Source: Pseudomonadales bacterium (GTDB taxonomy: Bacteria > Pseudomonadota > Gammaproteobacteria > Pseudomonadales > Azotimanducaceae). Taken from it: a stretch of 64,000 nucleotides of DNA. Location of the stretch: the NCBI GenBank assembly GCA_965116625.1, contig OZ220717.1, forward strand, positions 2,262,441 to 2,326,440, read 5' to 3'. Positions 52,537 to 61,929 of this stretch are shown piece by piece. The notes under the pieces were generated by a model that searched no databases, was not told the DNA's origin, and was given only the letters and a program-made list of their open reading frames with translations. A program made the translations under genes and the position numbers. Each line of letters starts with the position of its first letter. Position 1 is the first letter of the stretch.

Positions 52537-53712
52537 GTGGCGCAAAGGACTTCCTATCGGAACGTGCGCATCTGGGATGGCGTCGCGGACGACTATCTCG
52601 GCATCGGCACGGTCGTAGTGGAGAACGGGGTCATCGTCGCCGTTGAGGAGAATGGGGCTGGCGGTAATGTCCGCGACATGTCGGGTCTCACACTCGTTCC
52701 AGGCCTGATCGACGCGCACGTCCATATGACGCTGGATCCAGGTCTGCGCACCCCCGGGGAACAGCTTGCAGTGCCCGATGCGGAGATCCGGCGGGCGATG
52801 GTCGAGCGAGCGGATGAGATGGTGCGTGCCGGGATCACCACGGCGCGCGACCTCGGCGGGGGCAAGTGGCTCGAAATCGACCTGCGGGACCGCATCAACG
52901 CCGGCGAACTGGTGGGGCCGAGGCTGTTGTGCGCCGGGCAGCCGGTGACCTCGGTAGGCGGCCACTGCCATTTCTGGGGCGGCGAGGCGAGCGATGCGGA
53001 CGCGGCGGCCGGGGTGATCGAACGGCAGGCGGCGCATGGGGTCGACCTCATCAAGATCATGGCGACGGGCGGCATGTTGACGAAGGGTTCCTCGCCGAGA
53101 GCCGCGCAGTTCGACGCACCGTCGACGAGCGCCATCGTGCGGCACGCCAATGCGTGTGGCTTCGACGTGGCCGCGCATTGCCACGGCACCGAGGGGATCG
53201 CGCATGCCGCGAACGCGGGGGTCTCGACCATCGAACACTGCTCCTGGCTCGGCGACGACGGGCGCCGCAGCGGATACGATCCGGACGTCGCGGCGGAAAT
53301 CGCGCGCCGGGGAATCCGTGTTTCTCCTACAATAAACGCGGGCTGGAAACGTTTCGTCGGTGGTGACGGCAAGTTCGAAGAGACCGTGAGACGGACATTC
53401 GCCGACATGCGCTCGGCCGGGGTCCGGCTGATCGCGTCGACGGATGCCGGCATCCCGGGCGTGCGGCACCGGGACCTCGCAAGGGCGTTGCCGGTGTTCG
53501 CGCACTTCGCCGGGCTGACCGCGGTGGAGGTGCTGCGCAGCGCCACGTCGGACTGCGCGGACGCGCTGGGTTTGAGCGGCGTGACCGGACGCCTGGCCCG
53601 CAACCATGCCGCGGACATGGTGTTCGTGGACGGGGACCCGCTTGACGACATCGCTGCGCTCGAGTCGCCGGCACTGGTGGTGGCGAGAGGAAGGGAAGTA
53701 GCAGGAAAGTAG
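52537..53712 (+). CDS. Amidohydrolase-superfamily metallohydrolase
   Basis: GLIDAHVHM, later AHCHG and STDAG. GTG start 6 nt after the upstream stop. Confidence 0.85.
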   Translation: MAQRTSYRNVRIWDGVADDYLGIGTVVVENGVIVAVEENGAGGNVRDMSGLTLVPGLIDAHVHMTLDPGLRTPGEQLAVPDAEIRRAMVERADEMVRAGITTARDLGGGKWLEIDLRDRINAGELVGPRLLCAGQPVTSVGGHCHFWGGEASDADAAAGVIERQAAHGVDLIKIMATGGMLTKGSSPRAAQFDAPSTSAIVRHANACGFDVAAHCHGTEGIAHAANAGVSTIEHCSWLGDDGRRSGYDPDVAAEIARRGIRVSPTINAGWKRFVGGDGKFEETVRRTFADMRSAGVRLIASTDAGIPGVRHRDLARALPVFAHFAGLTAVEVLRSATSDCADALGLSGVTGRLARNHAADMVFVDGDPLDDIAALESPALVVARGREVAGK

Positions 53713-53739
53713 CAAGTAAAGTAGAAGGCGAATGGTGAT

Positions 53740-54927
53740 ATGAGCTTCAGGGAAGAAACGCGGGAGTGGCTGGAGGACAACTGTCCGGCGAGCATGCGCA
53801 CACCCATGCCGGCGGATGAGTTGCCCGCCTTTGGCCGCCGCGCCGCTTACAAGAACCCGGATACCAGGCTGTGGCTGGACCGGATGGCGGATCGCGGGTG
53901 GACGACGCCCATGTGGCCGGCCGAATACGGTGGCGGCGGACTGTCGAAGGAACAGGCGGCGGTGCTGCAGGAAGAACTCGACCGCATCAACGCGCGGCTG
54001 GCGCTGGGTGGCGGAATGGGGACCAGCATGATCGGTCCGGCGTTGCTGGAGTTCGGCTCGCCGGAGCAGTGCCGGGAGCACATTCCGAAAATCGTGCGCG
54101 GGGAGATCTGGTGGTGCCAGGGATACAGCGAGCCCGGATTCGGCTCGGACCTCGCCGGGCTTCAGACACGTGCCGTGGAGGACGGGGACGACTACGTTAT
54201 CAACGGTTCCAAGATCTGGACCTCGAACGCCGACCAGGCTGACTGGATGTTCTGCCTGGTGCGCACCGACCCGGACGTGCCGAAACATGACGGCATCACG
54301 TTCATCCTGCTCGACATGGAGTCGCCGGGAGTCACGGTCAGTCCGATACGCCTGATCAGCGGCGCATCCCCGTTCTGCCAGACGTTCTTCGACGACGTCC
54401 GCGTGCCCAAGCGGAATGTCGTCAGCACGCCGGGCAAGGGCTGGACCGTCGCCAAGCGGCTGCTCCAGTACGAGAGGACATCGATCGGCGGCGGCATGGG
54501 CGGGGGCTTGAGCGGCGGGTCCCGGGCGCGCTCGATGCAGGCACTCGCGAAGCGGTATGCGGGCCATGTTGAGGGCCGCATCGACGACGACGGGCTGCGC
54601 GCGAGAGTGATCGAACACTCCATGAACGACCGCGCTTTCGGCCTCTCGATGCGACGCAACGGCGAGGAGAGCAGGAGCGGGCGGGCGCCGACCTTCACTT
54701 CGTCGTTCTTCAAGTACTACGGGACCGAGCAGAACAAGGACCGCTACGAAATACTCGCGTCGATTCTCGGCGTTCAGGCGCTCGGCTGGTCGGGAGACGG
54801 GTTCGCCGACAGGGAACTCGCCACGACCCGCGAGTGGCTGCGCTCGAGGGCCAACAGCATCGAGGGCGGGACGTCAGAGATCCAGCTCAACATCATCGCA
54901 AAGCGCATCCTCGGACTGCCCGACTGA
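53740..54927 (+). CDS. Acyl-CoA dehydrogenase
   Basis: WCQGYSEPGFGSDLAGL, KIWTSNADQADWMFCLVRT, C-terminal EGGTSEIQLNIIAKRILGL. Confidence 0.9.
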   Translation: MSFREETREWLEDNCPASMRTPMPADELPAFGRRAAYKNPDTRLWLDRMADRGWTTPMWPAEYGGGGLSKEQAAVLQEELDRINARLALGGGMGTSMIGPALLEFGSPEQCREHIPKIVRGEIWWCQGYSEPGFGSDLAGLQTRAVEDGDDYVINGSKIWTSNADQADWMFCLVRTDPDVPKHDGITFILLDMESPGVTVSPIRLISGASPFCQTFFDDVRVPKRNVVSTPGKGWTVAKRLLQYERTSIGGGMGGGLSGGSRARSMQALAKRYAGHVEGRIDDDGLRARVIEHSMNDRAFGLSMRRNGEESRSGRAPTFTSSFFKYYGTEQNKDRYEILASILGVQALGWSGDGFADRELATTREWLRSRANSIEGGTSEIQLNIIAKRILGLPD

Positions 54928-54941
54928 CGGAAGTCCCAACC

Positions 54942-55895
54942 ATGCACCTGGCGAAGACGATGTTCGTATCGGCCGTGGCGTGGTTCGCGGTCTCGAGCGG
55001 CGCGGACGAAGCAATGTCGCTCGACGAACTCCTCGAACGGTTCGGCTGGGATTTCGAGACTGCCGAGGTCACCACCGAACGGGTGGGCGACGGCCTCTAT
55101 GCGCTGTTTGGACTGGGCGGCAACGTCGCCGTTTCGATCGGAACGGATGGCGTGCTCCTCGTCGACGACCAGTTTCCGGAAATGGTGCCGAAGATGCGTG
55201 CCGCCATCGAAGCGCTGGGACATGCGGCCGGTGCCGGCAGCGGGATCGACTACGTGATCAACACGCATTGGCACTTCGACCACGCCCAGGGCAACCTGGC
55301 CCTGGGGCCCGCGGGAACGCGCATCCTGGCGCACGCCAACGCGCGCGACGACATGGCCCGCGGCGGACTGATCAACCTGGTAATCGCGAAGTACCGCCAG
55401 GAGCCCTACCCCGAGGAAGCGTTGCCGGCGATCACCTATACCCGACGCATGCAGTTGCATTTCAATGGTCAACAGATCGACCTCATTCACGCTGGCCCGG
55501 CCCACACCACCGGCGACACCGCCGTCATCTTTCGCGGACAGAACGCCGTGCACTTCGGTGACGTGTTCGTCACCACCGGGTATCCCTTCGTCGATGTCGA
55601 CAGCGGTGGCGACATCGACGGCATGATTGAATTCTGCCGGGCGGTTCTCGATGAGCTCCCCGAAGACGCGGTGGTGATTCCCGGCCATGGCCGGATAGCG
55701 AACCGGGCCGCGGTCGAAGCCTATGTCGTCATGCTGGAGACGGTTCGCTCACGTGTGGCCGACCTCATCGACCAGGGCAACACCAGGGAACAGGTGATCG
55801 CGGCTAAGGTCACCGCGGAGTTTGACGAGACCTACGGGCCGGAGTCGGCGTCGCTGGGTTTCGTCGACCGTGTCTACGCGAGCCTGACCAGGTGA
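54942..55895 (+). CDS. Exported metallo-beta-lactamase-fold hydrolase
   Basis: Signal peptide MHLAKTMFVSAVAWFAVSSGADE and HxHxDH motif INTHWHFDHAQGN. Confidence 0.85.
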   Translation: MHLAKTMFVSAVAWFAVSSGADEAMSLDELLERFGWDFETAEVTTERVGDGLYALFGLGGNVAVSIGTDGVLLVDDQFPEMVPKMRAAIEALGHAAGAGSGIDYVINTHWHFDHAQGNLALGPAGTRILAHANARDDMARGGLINLVIAKYRQEPYPEEALPAITYTRRMQLHFNGQQIDLIHAGPAHTTGDTAVIFRGQNAVHFGDVFVTTGYPFVDVDSGGDIDGMIEFCRAVLDELPEDAVVIPGHGRIANRAAVEAYVVMLETVRSRVADLIDQGNTREQVIAAKVTAEFDETYGPESASLGFVDRVYASLTR

Positions 55896-57091
55896 CAGAC
55901 ACTAAGGATGCTCCTCGCGCCGCCATGATTCCGGAACATCTCCGCACCCCAAGGTTCTTCCTCGTCGTTGCCAGCGTCGCGATACCGCTCGGCTTCGCGG
56001 CCTGGCAGGCGCTGCTGAACAACTTCGTCATCGAGCGCGCCGGGTTCACCGGCATCGAGATCGGCATCCTGCAGAGCCTGCGGGAGGTTCCCGGGTTCCT
56101 GGCTTTCACCGCCGTCTTCGTGCTGCTGGTGCTGAGGGAGCAGAGGTTCGCCGTGATCTCCATCGCACTGTTCGGCCTCGGCACGGCGCTGACCGGGTTC
56201 TTCCCTTTCGAGTACGGTCTGTACTGCACGGCAGTGCTGATGTCGATCGGCTTCCACTACTTCGAGACCGTGAAGCAGTCGCTGTCGCTGCAGTGGCTGT
56301 CGAAGGAGGAAGCGCCGCGCATTCTTGGCAAGCTGATCGCGGTCGGGTCCATGTCATCCCTCGTCTGCTTCGCGGTGGTGTGGGCCGCACTGTCGATCGG
56401 CGTCGACTACGTGTGGATCTACGCGCTGGCGGGCGGCGGCGTGCTCGTCCTCGCGGGGGTGCTTTCTTCGTTCCCGCAGTTCCCGTCGAAGACGCCGCAA
56501 CGCAAGCACATCGTCCTGCGGCGACGCTACTGGCTCTACTACGGGCTGACCTTCCTGTCCGGCGCGCGGCGCCAGATATTCGTCGTTTTCGCCGGCTTCC
56601 TGATGGTGGAGAGGTTCGGCTACAGCGCACAGAACATCGCGGCGCTGTTTCTCATTAACCACGTATTCAACTGGTTCTTCGCGGAACGCATCGGCGCACT
56701 GATCGGCCGCATCGGCGAGCGGCGGGCGCTGACCTTCGAGTACGTCGGACTGATCTGCGTATTCGTGGCGTACGCGTTCGTCGACAACGCCTACCTGGCC
56801 GCGGGGCTGTATGTCGCGGACCACATGTTCTTCGCGCTTGCCATCGCCATCAAGACCTATCTTCAGAAGATCGCGGATCCGGCGGATATCGCTTCCACCG
56901 CAGGAGTGTCGTTCACGATCAATCACATCGCCGCGGTGATCATCCCGGCGGTTCTCGGGATGGTGTGGATCGTCTCGCCGTCCGCAGTGTTCCTGGTCGG
57001 TGCAGGCTTTGCGGCGTGTTCGCTCAGCCTTTCGCAGAATGTCCCCGCCCAACCCTCGCGGGGCAATGAGGTGGTATTCGGTCGGGTATGA
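55892..57091 (+). CDS. MFS-type membrane transporter
   Basis: About 12 hydrophobic helices. GTGA overlap with the MBL stop. Confidence 0.7.
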   Translation: MTDTKDAPRAAMIPEHLRTPRFFLVVASVAIPLGFAAWQALLNNFVIERAGFTGIEIGILQSLREVPGFLAFTAVFVLLVLREQRFAVISIALFGLGTALTGFFPFEYGLYCTAVLMSIGFHYFETVKQSLSLQWLSKEEAPRILGKLIAVGSMSSLVCFAVVWAALSIGVDYVWIYALAGGGVLVLAGVLSSFPQFPSKTPQRKHIVLRRRYWLYYGLTFLSGARRQIFVVFAGFLMVERFGYSAQNIAALFLINHVFNWFFAERIGALIGRIGERRALTFEYVGLICVFVAYAFVDNAYLAAGLYVADHMFFALAIAIKTYLQKIADPADIASTAGVSFTINHIAAVIIPAVLGMVWIVSPSAVFLVGAGFAACSLSLSQNVPAQPSRGNEVVFGRV

Positions 57092-57125
57092 TGTCCGGCC
57101 ACGCCGGAATGCGAAACAAGACCCG

Positions 57126-58313
57126 ATGCAGGAACTACCCCTAAGCCGGTATACGGTCCTCGACCTGACCCACGCCCGGGCGGGTCCCACCGCGGTGCGG
57201 TTGCTCGCCGACTGGGGCGCGAACGTCATCAAGATCGAGCCGCCGGGAGGGAATAGCAGGCTCATCGGGGCGCGTCACGGGGCGGACGAGCAGAACCTGC
57301 ACCGGAACAAGCGGGGCATCGTGCTCGACCTCAAGAGCGAGGAGGGCCATGGGGCGTTCATGCGCATGGTGGCGAACGCGGACATCGTCGTCGAGAACTT
57401 CCGCGCCGAGGTGAAGCATCGATTGCGGGTCGACTACGAGTCCGTCAAGGCGGCGAACGGGTCGATCATCTACGCCAGTATCTCGGGATTCGGACAGGAA
57501 GGTCCATACAGTTCTCGCCCCGGCGTGGACCAGATCGTGCAGGGCATGTGCGGCCTGATGTCCATCACGGGAACCCCGGAAAGCGGTCCGATGCGCGTCG
57601 GCATCGCCATCAGCGACACGGCCGCTGGGATGTTTCTCGGCCAGGGCATTCTCCTGGCGGTGCTGCACCGCGAGCGGACCGGCGAGGGGCAGTGGGTGCA
57701 TACATCGCTGCTCGAGGCGATGCTGAACAAGATAGATTTCCAGGGCGCGCGCTACACGATGCTCGGAGAGGTGCCGCAACAGCGGGGAAATCACCATCCC
57801 GTGGCGACGCCGATGGGAACCTATTCGTGCCGCAACGGCCTCGTGAACATCGCGGCGTCGTCGATCCGCATGTGGACGAGTTTTTGCCGCGCTGTACACG
57901 CGGAGCACCTGCTGGAAGACGAGTCCTATGCGACGTTCCAGGACCGCGCGCGCAACAAGGCAGCGCTGACGCGCGACATCGAGGCGGCGATCGCGGACCT
58001 GACCGTGGAGGAACTGATCGAGTGCCTGAACCCGGTCGGCGTCCCCTGCGGTCCCGTTAACGACATCTCCCAGGCGTACGAGGATCCCCAGGCGAAGTTC
58101 CTCAAGATGACGAAGCCGGCGCCGCATCCCGAACTCGGGGACGTGCGGCTCATCCGGTCGCCGATCAACCTGTCGAAGTTCCCCCAGCCGGAGACCTTCG
58201 AGCGGGCTGCGCCGGATTCAGGCCGTGACACGCGTGAAGTCCTTCAGGAGTTCGGCTTTGCGGAATCCGAGATTTCCTCGCTGGTGCCGGCACCGATACG
58301 CCCTCCGGGCTAG
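57126..58313 (+). CDS. Family III CoA-transferase (CaiB/BaiF type)
   Basis: VLDLTHARAGPTAVRLLADWGANVIKIEPPGG and SISGFGQEGPY. Confidence 0.9.
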   Translation: MQELPLSRYTVLDLTHARAGPTAVRLLADWGANVIKIEPPGGNSRLIGARHGADEQNLHRNKRGIVLDLKSEEGHGAFMRMVANADIVVENFRAEVKHRLRVDYESVKAANGSIIYASISGFGQEGPYSSRPGVDQIVQGMCGLMSITGTPESGPMRVGIAISDTAAGMFLGQGILLAVLHRERTGEGQWVHTSLLEAMLNKIDFQGARYTMLGEVPQQRGNHHPVATPMGTYSCRNGLVNIAASSIRMWTSFCRAVHAEHLLEDESYATFQDRARNKAALTRDIEAAIADLTVEELIECLNPVGVPCGPVNDISQAYEDPQAKFLKMTKPAPHPELGDVRLIRSPINLSKFPQPETFERAAPDSGRDTREVLQEFGFAESEISSLVPAPIRPPG

Positions 58314-58337
58314 TGTCGTGTGACACCTCACCAGGGC

Positions 58338-58388
58338 GCGGGGGTGAAATGCGACGTGCCCGAGGGGTCGGCGGATTTCATGGCGCTA
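58338..58388 (+). repeat. Dispersed intergenic repeat, copy 1 (about 50-bp core)
   Basis: gcgggggtgaaatgcgacgtgcccgaggggtcggcggatttcatggcgcta. Confidence 0.85.
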
Positions 58389-58430
58389 GGAGGCCGCGCC
58401 GTAGAACGGCACGCAGTGCCGATTCAAGGC

Positions 58431-58503
58431 GGGGGATCGTAGGTGGGCTTGGGCGGGGGTGAAATGCGACGTGCCCGAAGGGTCGGCGGATTTCATGGCG
58501 CTA
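58431..58503 (+). repeat. Dispersed intergenic repeat, copy 2 (long form, about 72 bp)
   Basis: gggggatcgtaggtgggcttgggcgggggtgaaatgcgacgtgcccgaagggtcggcggatttcatggcgcta. The terminal CTA is the reverse-strand TAG stop of the transglutaminase-like gene. Confidence 0.85.
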
Positions 58504-59382
58504 ACCGCCGCAATCCCCGCCATCGCCGTCCAGGCGCCGCACCCGCACTTCGACTTCGAGTTCAGTCTCCCCGCCGCCGTGGCGCACGCCCCGGGTGGGC
58601 GAGACATCGCGGAAATCGCGTCCGATGCCGACGCGGATGTACTGTTCGTCGGCGAGGGCGTTGTTGGTCGGATCGAACCCGAGCCACCCGATTTCGGGTA
58701 GCAGGCACTCCACCCAGGCGTGGGTGCCGACGGCTGTTTCGGCGTTGAAGGCGGCTTCGGCCAGGTAACCGGAGACGTAGCGGCACGGAATGCCCCAGGA
58801 GCGGGCGATGGCGATCATCACGTGGGCGTAGTCCTGGCAGACGCCGCAGCCGGTTTCGAGGATGTGCTCCGTAGTGGACTCCGCGGTAGTGGTTCCAGGT
58901 TCGTATCGGAACACGCGATTCAATGTGCTCGACAGCCGCAGCAGGTCAGTGAGCGGATCTGCAACCGGGACGACCTGGTGGTGATCGACGAACGCGGCCA
59001 GTATGGGAGTGGGGCGGGTCAGCGCGCTGGGTGACGCGAAGTCCCAGTGATCGAACGAGTTCGCCCAGGACCTGGCTTCGCGCCAGGCATCGCGCGGGAG
59101 TGCCAGCGGCAGGGGATCGGGCACGGGTGCGAGGACCTCGGAGTGCATCACGATGCGTAGCGCGTCGTGCTCCTGGTGGAGATTGAAGACATGATGCGTG
59201 TTGCCGTAGCAGTCGGTTTGCGCGTTGAGCAGGGCCGTGGGTTCCGTCGTGATCTCGAAGCGTTGCAGCGATTGACCCGCATCCTCCCTCGGGCGCAGGC
59301 ATAGCGTCATTACACAGCTCTGCACGGGTGCTTCGTAGCGGTAGCAGGAGATGTGCTCCACGTGGTAGCGGACACCGGTCAT
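58501..59382 (-). CDS. Transglutaminase-like cysteine protease-fold protein (Bact_transglu_N + core)
   Basis: MTGVRYHVEHISCYRYEAPV...; Cys in GCGVCQDYAHVMIAIARSWGIPCRYVSGY; His in THAWVE; Asp in GFDPTN. Confidence 0.85.
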   Translation of the reverse strand: MTGVRYHVEHISCYRYEAPVQSCVMTLCLRPREDAGQSLQRFEITTEPTALLNAQTDCYGNTHHVFNLHQEHDALRIVMHSEVLAPVPDPLPLALPRDAWREARSWANSFDHWDFASPSALTRPTPILAAFVDHHQVVPVADPLTDLLRLSSTLNRVFRYEPGTTTAESTTEHILETGCGVCQDYAHVMIAIARSWGIPCRYVSGYLAEAAFNAETAVGTHAWVECLLPEIGWLGFDPTNNALADEQYIRVGIGRDFRDVSPTRGVRHGGGETELEVEVRVRRLDGDGGDCGG

Positions 59383-59390
59383 GGCGTGTC

Positions 59391-60356
59391 TCAGCGGGTG
59401 CGGTCCTCGATCGGGTATTCCATGTACGCGGCCGTGATGAGATCGTGCAGGTCGCGGCAGTATCGGTTCGCCTTGCGAAGCAACGCTTCGTGATCTTCGA
59501 CGTCGGGCCAGTCGTATCGAATGAGCGCGCACAGGCGGCCGGCAAGCCTCGCGGCGGCAGCGCTGTCCTGTGTGCCGGGCCCCGGTCCGATGGCTTCGAG
59601 TTCCTGGGCCACGGTGTCAAGCGACCGGCACAGGGAACTCGGCAGCCTGGGGTCCGTGGCGACCAGGGTCAGTACCCGGTCCGGTTGAATCTCGACGCTG
59701 TGCTGCTGTTTGTACGCCGCGAATGCCCGGTATACGTGCAACAGGCTCGTCGAATCGGAGTCGAGTGACTCTTCCTGTGCCTTGACGGCCGCCATGTGCG
59801 CCAGGAACAGGGATGCGGCGAGTTGGGCGCGCTCGATGAACCGGCCCAGGCGGATGAAGCGCCACCCCTCGTCGCGGTACATCGTGGCTTCGGCAACGCC
59901 GCCGAAGGCATGGATGTCCCGGCAGGTCTGCGTATAGAAGTCCTCCGGCGAAGTCCTCCAGATATCTTCGATGCGCTGTCCCTGGAGACGAAGGTAGGCC
60001 ACGTTCAGACTCGACCACATGTCGGAACTGATGCAGTGGCGCATCTGGCGCGCATTTTCGCGGCCAAGGTAGAAGCAGCTCCAGACCGAGGCGGGGTTCA
60101 GGCGCTCGAATGTGAGATCGTCCGCCAGGGTGTAGGAGTCGGCCAGCGTGAAGTCCTCGTCGCCACCGGGCTCCAGGTTGCCGACCGGCGGCTGGCGGTG
60201 AAGGCAGCCGTAGATCCGGCTCCAGCCAAAGTGGATGTCCCGGACGGGCCGGTCAACGAGTGACTCGACCTGGTTGCGCAGTAAGCGGCACAGGTGCTCG
60301 GCACGCTCCAGGGTCCTCCCCATCCAGTACAGTCCCTGCGCGCTGCGCGACAACAT
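59391..60356 (-). CDS. Alpha-E domain protein (DUF403)
   Basis: MLSRSAQGLYWMGRTLERAEHLCRLL is the typical family N-terminus. There is an 8-nt gap to each neighbouring gene. Confidence 0.8.
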   Translation of the reverse strand: MLSRSAQGLYWMGRTLERAEHLCRLLRNQVESLVDRPVRDIHFGWSRIYGCLHRQPPVGNLEPGGDEDFTLADSYTLADDLTFERLNPASVWSCFYLGRENARQMRHCISSDMWSSLNVAYLRLQGQRIEDIWRTSPEDFYTQTCRDIHAFGGVAEATMYRDEGWRFIRLGRFIERAQLAASLFLAHMAAVKAQEESLDSDSTSLLHVYRAFAAYKQQHSVEIQPDRVLTLVATDPRLPSSLCRSLDTVAQELEAIGPGPGTQDSAAAARLAGRLCALIRYDWPDVEDHEALLRKANRYCRDLHDLITAAYMEYPIEDRTR

Positions 60357-60364
60357 GCCGGGTG

Positions 60365-61825
60365 CTAGTCCTTCAGAACCCAACAGTCCTTGCCTCCGCC
60401 TCCCTGGCTGGAGTTCACGACCAGGCCGCCCCGGCGAAGCGCCACGCGGCAGAACGCGCCCGGGACGATCCGGGTATTGCCACCCTGCAGGACGAAAGGG
60501 CGAAGATCCACGTGCCGGGGCTCCAGCTTGCTGTCGATCAGGCACGGTGACTGGGACAGGGGCAGCACGGGTTGGGAAACGAAGTCCGCCGGGTTGGCGC
60601 GCAGTACGCGGGCATAGTCCTCGCGTTCGGACCGGGTCGATTCGGGCCCGATCAGCATGCCGTGGCCGCCGGACCCGCCAACACGTTTCACCACCAGGTT
60701 TTCCAGGTTGTCCAGGGTGTATTCGAGGTCGTCCGGCCATCGGCACAGGCGCGTCGGAACGTTGGAAAGGATCGGTTCTTCGCCCAGGTAGTAGCGGATC
60801 ATGTCCGGTACGTAGGCGTACACGCTCTTGTCGTCGGCGACGCCGGTACCTGGCGCGTTGGCAAGGGTCACGTTGCCGAGTTTGTACGCGTGCATCAGGC
60901 CCGGCACGCCGAGCAGCGAGTCTTCTCGAAACGCGAGCGGATCGAGAAAATCATCGTCCACGCGGCGGTAAATGACATCCACCCGCCGCAATCCGTGGGT
61001 GGTGCGCATGTACACGAACCCGTCGTTCACCATGAGGTCGCGGCCCTCCACCAGTTCCGCCCCGATCTCGTCGGCGAGGAACATGTGCTCGTAGAAGGCG
61101 GCGTTGTACACGCCGGGCGTGAGCAGCACTATCGTGGGACTGGATCGGCCGTTCGGCGCCAGTTCGCTCAGGGTCTCGAACAGCAGGCGACCGTAGTTTT
61201 CGACCTCGCGTACCCGGTAGCTTCGGTAGAGGCGCCTGAGGCTTGCCTTCACGGCCTTTCGATTGGCGATCATGTAGGAAACGCCGGAGGGTACGCGCAG
61301 GTTGTCTTCGAGGACCTGGAAGCCATCGTTGGTGCGCACGATATCGGTGCCACAGACGGCAACCCACACGCCTCCCGGAACGGACACGCCGCGCATCTCG
61401 ATCCGGTATTGTGGGCAGCCGCGCACGACTTCTGCCGGGATGACACCGTCGGCCACGATCCGCGCATTGCCGTAGACGTCTTCCAGGAAACGGTTCAGGG
61501 CAAGGATGCGCTGGCTGAGACCGGACTCGATCAGCTTCCAATCCGCACCCGAGAGGATTCGGGGGATGCAGTCGATCGGAATGATGCGCTCGATCTCCTC
61601 GTTGTCGCCATACAACGTGAAGGTTATGCCTTCGTTCGAGAAGGCCGCGGTGACATGTTCCTGAACGCTCAGGATTTCTTCGATGGAGAGGTCGCCCAGG
61701 GCTTCGTACAGCTTACGGCAATGCGGGCGCGGCACGCCGATTGCCTCGAACACCTCATCGTGTATTGCTTTGTCGAGTTGGTAGTCGCAATGCATCGACG
61801 GGTCGGCGGGAAGGCGTGCGTGCAA
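60365..61825 (-). CDS. Circularly permuted type-2 ATP-grasp protein (DUF404/DUF407)
   Basis: Length and blocks such as LVVKRVGGSGGHGMLIGP and IVPGAFCRVALRRGGLVVNSSQGGGGKD, plus conserved gene order with the alpha-E and transglutaminase genes. Confidence 0.8.
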   Translation of the reverse strand: MHARLPADPSMHCDYQLDKAIHDEVFEAIGVPRPHCRKLYEALGDLSIEEILSVQEHVTAAFSNEGITFTLYGDNEEIERIIPIDCIPRILSGADWKLIESGLSQRILALNRFLEDVYGNARIVADGVIPAEVVRGCPQYRIEMRGVSVPGGVWVAVCGTDIVRTNDGFQVLEDNLRVPSGVSYMIANRKAVKASLRRLYRSYRVREVENYGRLLFETLSELAPNGRSSPTIVLLTPGVYNAAFYEHMFLADEIGAELVEGRDLMVNDGFVYMRTTHGLRRVDVIYRRVDDDFLDPLAFREDSLLGVPGLMHAYKLGNVTLANAPGTGVADDKSVYAYVPDMIRYYLGEEPILSNVPTRLCRWPDDLEYTLDNLENLVVKRVGGSGGHGMLIGPESTRSEREDYARVLRANPADFVSQPVLPLSQSPCLIDSKLEPRHVDLRPFVLQGGNTRIVPGAFCRVALRRGGLVVNSSQGGGGKDCWVLKD

Positions 61826-61929
61826 AGTCTATTATAGGATAGGGGTCGAAGTATGCGGAGCGGATCGAGTGATGGCCTCGCTCGTCGCATCGGTAAACAG
61901 TAGCCTGCACCAGGAACGCGGTTGAAGCG

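Noticed and set aside
50482-54618. 1378-aa ORF on the minus strand, the longest in the track
   Set aside because: Only its last 272 codons (50482-51300) look like a real protein, an SDR with GGSRGIGKAIA. The remainder is antisense to four plus-strand genes with unmistakable family motifs (enolase superfamily, amidohydrolase, ACAD). It is extremely rich in R, P, H and G, the usual stop-free antisense frame of high-GC DNA.
58338-58503. Possible CRISPR array (direct repeats about 50 bp, spaced 115 bp)
   Set aside because: There are only two copies, the repeat length and spacing are atypical, there are no cas genes, and a third inverted copy lies 48 kb away. This behaves like a REP/MITE-type dispersed repeat.
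60572-61837. 421-aa plus-strand ORF
   Set aside because: It is antisense to the circularly permuted ATP-grasp gene.
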